This document shows, in pieces, positions 6,238 to 9,680 of a DNA stretch of 9,680 bases (positions within the stretch are counted from its first letter, which is position 1; each line of letters begins with the position of its first letter). Source of the stretch: PVC group bacterium (GTDB taxonomy: Bacteria > GCA-001730085 > JADFSZ01); assembly GCA_022560555.1 (NCBI GenBank), contig JADFSZ010000053.1, forward strand, positions 1 to 9,680, written 5' to 3'. The translations under genes and the position numbers were made by a program. The notes beneath the pieces were generated by a model that made no database searches, was not told the origin of the DNA, and worked only from the letters and a program-made list of their open reading frames with translations.

Positions 6238-6818
6238 ATTCATCAACGATAGAAATACAACGTAAATCGTCCACCCCGGAAACCTGGGTGGACCATTATG
6301 GCGACTATCTTTATAGGTATGCTTTGAGTCGTCTACGGAATGCCGGACTTGCGGAAAATCTTGTTCAGGAAACCTTTCTTGCCGCGCTTCATTCACGGGA
6401 CCGCTTCTCAGGTTTGTCCACAGAAAAAACCTGGCTTACCGGAATTTTGAAACATAAGATTGTCGATCACTTTCGCAAGAATTACAGAGAACATCCTGTC
6501 AGTGACTTTGTCAATGAGGATGAATCCGTAGATGAGTTTTTTACAAAATCCGGAATATGGAAAAACCAGCCCGGACATTGGACTCTTGATCCGGCAAAAC
6601 TTCTGGAAAATAAAGAGTTTTGGGAAGTCTTTAAAGAGTGTCTTAACAGACTCCCCAGGCCTATGGCAGATGCCTTTATGTTAAGCACAATGGAAGGCAT
6701 GAAAACGGATGAAGTTTGTAAGATATTGAATATTACACGAACTAATTTGTGGGTTATTCTTTGCCGTGCACGCATGAGGCTGAGGCAATCTCTGGAAAAT
6801 TGTTGGTTCCAAAATTAA
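6234..6818 (+). CDS. ECF-type (sigma-70 family, group 4) RNA polymerase sigma factor
   Basis: Region 2: YLYRYALSRLRNAGLAENLVQETFLAAL...TWLTGILKHKIVDHFRK. Region 4 helix-turn-helix: MKTDEVCKILNITRTNLWVILCRARMRLRQSLE. The linker between them is long, about 40 aa. The C-terminal ...LENCWF ending resembles the TIGR02943-type ECF subgroup, as far as I recall. Confidence 0.92.
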   Translation: MNSSTIEIQRKSSTPETWVDHYGDYLYRYALSRLRNAGLAENLVQETFLAALHSRDRFSGLSTEKTWLTGILKHKIVDHFRKNYREHPVSDFVNEDESVDEFFTKSGIWKNQPGHWTLDPAKLLENKEFWEVFKECLNRLPRPMADAFMLSTMEGMKTDEVCKILNITRTNLWVILCRARMRLRQSLENCWFQN

Positions 6819-6827
6819 GGAAAAAGG

Positions 6828-6857
6828 TTGTTTGTGATTCCTATGAAACTCTATAAT
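6828..6857 (+). promoter_or_regulatory. Candidate sigma70-type promoter upstream of ccdA
   Basis: TTGTTT (6828-6833), an 18-nt spacer, then a perfect TATAAT (6852-6857), inside the 91-bp AT-rich gap between the sigma gene and ccdA. The spacer is 1 nt longer than optimal and the -35 is imperfect. Confidence 0.35.
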
Positions 6858-6909
6858 ATCATTTTATTATTTGCATTTCTTTTGTTCTTTAATTTTTGAG
6901 GAATTCAAT

Positions 6910-7638
6910 GTGAATCAGATTTCTTTAGGTATGGCTTTTATAGCAGGGATACTATCGTTTCTCTCGCCTTGCGTATTGCCGCTGATACCGGGATACATTT
7001 CGTTTCTATCCGGAGTATCGGTCGAAGTGCTCGAGAAGGACACACATCGTCGAGAGGTCTTTTGGAAAACGGGCATGGCTTCGATCTTTTTTGTATTGGG
7101 ATTTTCAGCCGTTTTTATAGCTTTAGGCGCCTCCGCTTCTCTTGTCGGAAAATTTTTACTATCTCATATGACAATATTTACCAAGGTCGCCGGGGTATGT
7201 ATTGTGATATTGGGACTGCATCTTGTGGGGATTCTAAAAATAAGCTGGCTCTACACAGAAAAGAGATTGAGAATCAAGCGGCATTCACCTGGTTTTTTCG
7301 GCGCTTTCGTGATCGGACTTGCTTTTGCTTTTGGCTGGACTCCGTGTATCGGACCCATTCTGGCAGGAATTCTTACGCTGGCAGCAGCCCAAAAGACCGT
7401 TTTAGAGGGGATGTTTCTTTTAGCTGTTTATTCATCAGGACTTGGCATTCCGTTTATTATTACAGGGTTTAGTGTTGGTCTATTCATGCGCTTTTTTAAG
7501 CGTTACAAACGATTTATTCGCTCCGGAGAGATTGTGGCCGGATCGCTTTTGATCGCGATCGGGGTGCTTGTGTTTTCCAATAATTTGACGATGCTACTGA
7601 GATATATCCCCTCTTTCTTTTACAAATTTACAATATAA
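6910..7638 (+). CDS. ccdA: CcdA / DsbD-family transmembrane thiol:disulfide electron transporter (cytochrome c biogenesis protein CcdA family)
   Basis: Both conserved membrane-embedded Cys motifs are present: LSFLSPCVLPLIPGY and FGWTPCIGPILAGIL. It is polytopic and hydrophobic throughout. I prefer the GTG at 6910 (GAGG at 6898-6901, 8 nt upstream) to the TTG at 6871. The ATG at 6931 is an alternative. Confidence 0.9.
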   Translation: MNQISLGMAFIAGILSFLSPCVLPLIPGYISFLSGVSVEVLEKDTHRREVFWKTGMASIFFVLGFSAVFIALGASASLVGKFLLSHMTIFTKVAGVCIVILGLHLVGILKISWLYTEKRLRIKRHSPGFFGAFVIGLAFAFGWTPCIGPILAGILTLAAAQKTVLEGMFLLAVYSSGLGIPFIITGFSVGLFMRFFKRYKRFIRSGEIVAGSLLIAIGVLVFSNNLTMLLRYIPSFFYKFTI

Positions 7639-7659
7639 AAAAAAGGAGATTTTCAAAAA

Positions 7660-8178
7660 ATGAAAAAAAGAAAGTTAATTCCGTTCATCGTAGTCATATT
7701 ACTGATAATGGCCCTGAGCCCTTTATTGAAAAGTCAACGGACGCCTGTTGCAGAAAACAACTCAGGAGATCAAGTCGCTTCAGATTTCACTCTCAATGAT
7801 CTTGATAACAAGCCTTTTCGGTTTTTTGATCTTAAAGGGAAAGTGATCATTCTCGATTTCTGGGCGACCTGGTGTCCCCCATGCATAGCGGAATTACCTC
7901 ATTTCAAAGCTCTTTATAGTGAGTATCAAGAACAGGGATTAGAGATTGTCGGCGTTTCTCTTGATCAAGGGGGCGCTGATGTGGTTAGGCCTTTTGTCAA
8001 GGAGCATGAAATCAATTATACAATGCTCATTAGCAACCAAGAGGTGGTTGAGGATTACGGAGGAATTCGCGGGATTCCCACGACATTCATCATTGATCGG
8101 GAAGGGCGTATTGTTGAGACGTTTGTGGGCTATCGGGATAAAGAAGTATTTGAGTCAGTTATTCAAGAGCTTTTATGA
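7660..8178 (+). CDS. TlpA/ResA-like periplasmic thiol:disulfide oxidoreductase, CPPC active site, N-terminal signal anchor
   Basis: RBS AGGAG (7644-7648). N-terminal anchor KLIPFIVVILLIMALSPLL. Motifs DFTLNDLDNKPFRFFDLKGKVIILDFWATWCPPCIAELP, LEIVGVSLD and GIPTTFIIDREGRIV are a textbook TlpA/ResA/DsbE family pattern. It lies directly downstream of ccdA, the usual electron donor. Confidence 0.92.
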   Translation: MKKRKLIPFIVVILLIMALSPLLKSQRTPVAENNSGDQVASDFTLNDLDNKPFRFFDLKGKVIILDFWATWCPPCIAELPHFKALYSEYQEQGLEIVGVSLDQGGADVVRPFVKEHEINYTMLISNQEVVEDYGGIRGIPTTFIIDREGRIVETFVGYRDKEVFESVIQELL

Positions 8179-8194
8179 ATGACAAGGGTGACTG

Positions 8195-8653
8195 ATGAAT
8201 AAAAATCCTACTGTCTCTCGCAATGCTCCGTGTCCGTGCGGAAGCGGTAAGAAGTACAAACGTTGTTGTGCTTTAAAGGGAGAGCAAGAAGCCTCTTCGC
8301 ACCGACAACTAAAGAGAGCCTTGAAATGGATCGGCGGAGCGGCCGTTGTGCTCCTGGTCGGCTACGGGATTTTCAGGAATGGTCCTGTAAGCAGGCCCAC
8401 CGGTTATAATTCGGTTATCTCTGAAGGTTCGCGGGGAAGGGGTTACTACACGGACTCAGATATCACTGCGGTGGATTTCTCCGGACTCACACAGGCACAA
8501 AGAAAAAAAGTTTTAGATAAAACCAACAAGATGCAGTGCCCCTGCGGATGTGCAATGACGCTGGCCCAATGTGTTGCGGTTGATAGGACCTGTCCTTTAA
8601 GAAGCTCGAACATTAAAAAAATGAGAGATCTTGTAAAGGAATTAAGTGGATAA
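8195..8653 (+). CDS. Single-pass membrane protein: N-terminal SEC-C zinc-binding motif, one TM helix, C-terminal Cys-rich domain (CxCxC-x6-C-x6-C)
   Basis: aa 13-25, CPCGSGKKYKRCC, is the SEC-C motif (the SecA C-terminal zinc finger pattern C-x-C-x8-C-C/H). aa 44-60, KWIGGAAVVLLVGYGIF, is a TM helix. aa 115-133, CPCGCAMTLAQCVAVDRTC (nt 8537-8593), is a second cysteine cluster. A weak SD-like AAGGGTG lies at 8184-8190. The gap from the tlpA-like gene is 16 nt. Confidence 0.78.
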   Translation: MNKNPTVSRNAPCPCGSGKKYKRCCALKGEQEASSHRQLKRALKWIGGAAVVLLVGYGIFRNGPVSRPTGYNSVISEGSRGRGYYTDSDITAVDFSGLTQAQRKKVLDKTNKMQCPCGCAMTLAQCVAVDRTCPLRSSNIKKMRDLVKELSG

Positions 8654-8727
8654 AAAAATGATCTTGGTCAAAAAGTTTATTGGTTATCAAGACATGGAAA
8701 TTTTTTAATCACTATTCAGAAACTTTT

Positions 8728-9453
8728 ATGAAATGGGCATATTTGAAATTTATCGTTATAGGGGGCCTTGTCTGTCTCATTGCATCTCTTTTCGTTTTCT
8801 ACTCTTATGACAAAGAAGGACCCATAGTAAAACAGGAACTTAAAGAAAACGATTTTATGGCACAGAGGCAAAGAGCTTTAGAAAATCAAGCAAAATTCTT
8901 TTCTCCCCGAAGTCCCTGGGTTAAAGAAATCTATATCGTAAAGCCAGGGGATTCTCTTTACCAAATATCCCGCCTATTTGGTATTACTGTTCAGTTGCTA
9001 AAACAAGTGAATGATCTTGTCTCTGATACAATCCATCCTGGAATGAAGTTGGGAATCCCTGATCCAAAGTTTCACATTGATATAAATCTTTCCCATAAAC
9101 AGTTGTTTCTTTATAGCAACAGCGATCTGGTCGCTGCCTATCGTGTGGGAATCGGAAAAAATATTTCCACCCCTCTAGGCGCATTTACAATTACAAATAA
9201 ACTGATTGATCCTGTCTGGTATCGCATTGGAGCTGTTATTCCTGCTGGTAGTCCGGAGAATGCTTTAGGTTCTCGATGGATGGGTTTGTCAGTAGAAGGT
9301 TACGGCATTCATGGCACAATTGAGCCGGAAAGCATAGGCCAGGCGACTAGTTCAGGCTGTATCAGGATGCATAATAAAGATGTTGAACAATTATTTGACT
9401 GGGTTTCAATTGGAATTCCGGTCAGGATTGTTTATGATGAAGAGGAGCCCTGA
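8728..9453 (+). CDS. L,D-transpeptidase (YkuD domain) with LysM peptidoglycan-binding domain and N-terminal membrane anchor
   Basis: LysM: YIVKPGDSLYQISRLFGITVQLLKQVNDLVSDTIHPGMKLGIP. YkuD catalytic region: YGIHGTIEPESIGQATSSGCIRMHNKDVEQLF (His ... S-x-G-C-hydrophobic-R-hydrophobic). I prefer the ATG at 8728 (MKWAYLKFIVIGGLVCLIASLFVF, a TM anchor) over the TTG at 8680. No clear SD is present, so the start is uncertain. Confidence 0.88.
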   Translation: MKWAYLKFIVIGGLVCLIASLFVFYSYDKEGPIVKQELKENDFMAQRQRALENQAKFFSPRSPWVKEIYIVKPGDSLYQISRLFGITVQLLKQVNDLVSDTIHPGMKLGIPDPKFHIDINLSHKQLFLYSNSDLVAAYRVGIGKNISTPLGAFTITNKLIDPVWYRIGAVIPAGSPENALGSRWMGLSVEGYGIHGTIEPESIGQATSSGCIRMHNKDVEQLFDWVSIGIPVRIVYDEEEP

Positions 9454-9496
9454 GCGGAACTGAGGGACATACTATATGATTTGTTCAAAAAGAGAG

Positions 9497-9524
9497 ATCA
9501 CTGATTCTTTTTTCTGTGATTTTT
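9497..9524 (+). terminator. Candidate Rho-independent terminator after the L,D-transpeptidase gene
   Basis: ATCACTGA (9497-9504) pairs with TCTGTGAT (9513-9520) with one T-T mismatch. The loop is 8 nt and TTTT follows (9521-9524). An A-run sits upstream. The stem is AT-rich and weak. Confidence 0.35.
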
Positions 9525-9526
9525 AA

Positions 9527-9540
9527 GTATTTTAAAATAC
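9527..9540. promoter_or_regulatory. Perfect 14-bp palindrome, possible operator site
   Basis: GTATTTTAAAATAC is an exact inverted repeat (GTATTTT / AAAATAC). It lies in the intergenic region about 85 bp upstream of the candidate promoter. It is AT-rich, so a chance occurrence is not negligible. Confidence 0.25.
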
Positions 9541-9623
9541 TGATAATATATGTACTGTATTTCAATCGTTGCTGTGACGCCTTGGATCAGACAGGTTTGA
9601 ACGTTATTCAGCTAGCCCCCCAA

Positions 9624-9651
9624 TTGACAATGGTAAGATAATGAGTAAAAT
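9624..9651 (+). promoter_or_regulatory. Candidate sigma70-type promoter for the gene starting at the right edge
   Basis: Consensus -35 TTGACA (9624-9629), a 16-nt spacer, then -10 TAAAAT (9646-9651). It is followed by AAGGAG (9663-9668) and an ATG (9675). Confidence 0.5.
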
Positions 9652-9674
9652 AGGTCCGCGATAAGGAGAAAAAA

Positions 9675-9680
9675 ATGACA
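9675..9680 (+). CDS. First two codons (ATG ACA) of an unidentified downstream gene, truncated by the window edge
   Basis: The ATG lies 6 nt downstream of a consensus AAGGAG RBS and about 24 nt downstream of the candidate -10. No product can be inferred. Confidence 0.3.

Noticed and set aside
9540-9580. TACTG...TACTGTAT resembling a LexA/SOS box half-site
   Set aside because: The two TACTG elements are direct repeats, not inverted, and no CTGT-N8-ACAG palindrome is present.

Overview
All supportable genes in this 9.68 kb window are on the + strand and tightly packed. Nothing could be searched against databases, so every family call rests on motifs I recognise from memory. The content looks like a cell-envelope accessory region of a diderm bacterium (taxon not determinable).

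Gene order:
1. 3' end of an NAD-dependent sugar epimerase/dehydratase.
2. A GT2 glycosyltransferase. Its 3' end runs into a frameshifted, N-terminally truncated relic of an IS200-like (Y1, COG1943-type) transposase.
3. A membrane fatty-acid hydroxylase / sterol desaturase family protein, overlapping by ATGA the start of a secreted transglutaminase-like Cys protease-fold protein.
4. A secreted protein capped at both ends by tandem E-H-G-G repeats.
5. A CPGC thioredoxin-fold protein.
6. A small PEP-CTERM protein.
7. An N-terminally membrane-anchored HEAT-repeat protein, overlapping by ATGA the start of an ECF sigma factor.
8. ccdA, then a TlpA/ResA-like CPPC thioredoxin.
9. An unusual single-pass membrane protein with an N-terminal SEC-C zinc motif and a C-terminal five-Cys cluster.
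10. A LysM-YkuD L,D-transpeptidase.
11. A good sigma70-type promoter, a ribosome-binding site (RBS) and the first codons of the next gene at the right edge.

Most interesting observations:
- The ECF sigma factor has no recognisable anti-sigma gene. It sits between two atypical membrane proteins and a thiol-reductant export pathway. This may be an undescribed redox- or metal-sensing ECF module.
- The EHGG-repeat protein has a predicted mature N-terminus A-E-H, which would form an ATCUN-type Cu/Ni site.

No rRNA, tRNA, CRISPR array or intact mobile element was seen.
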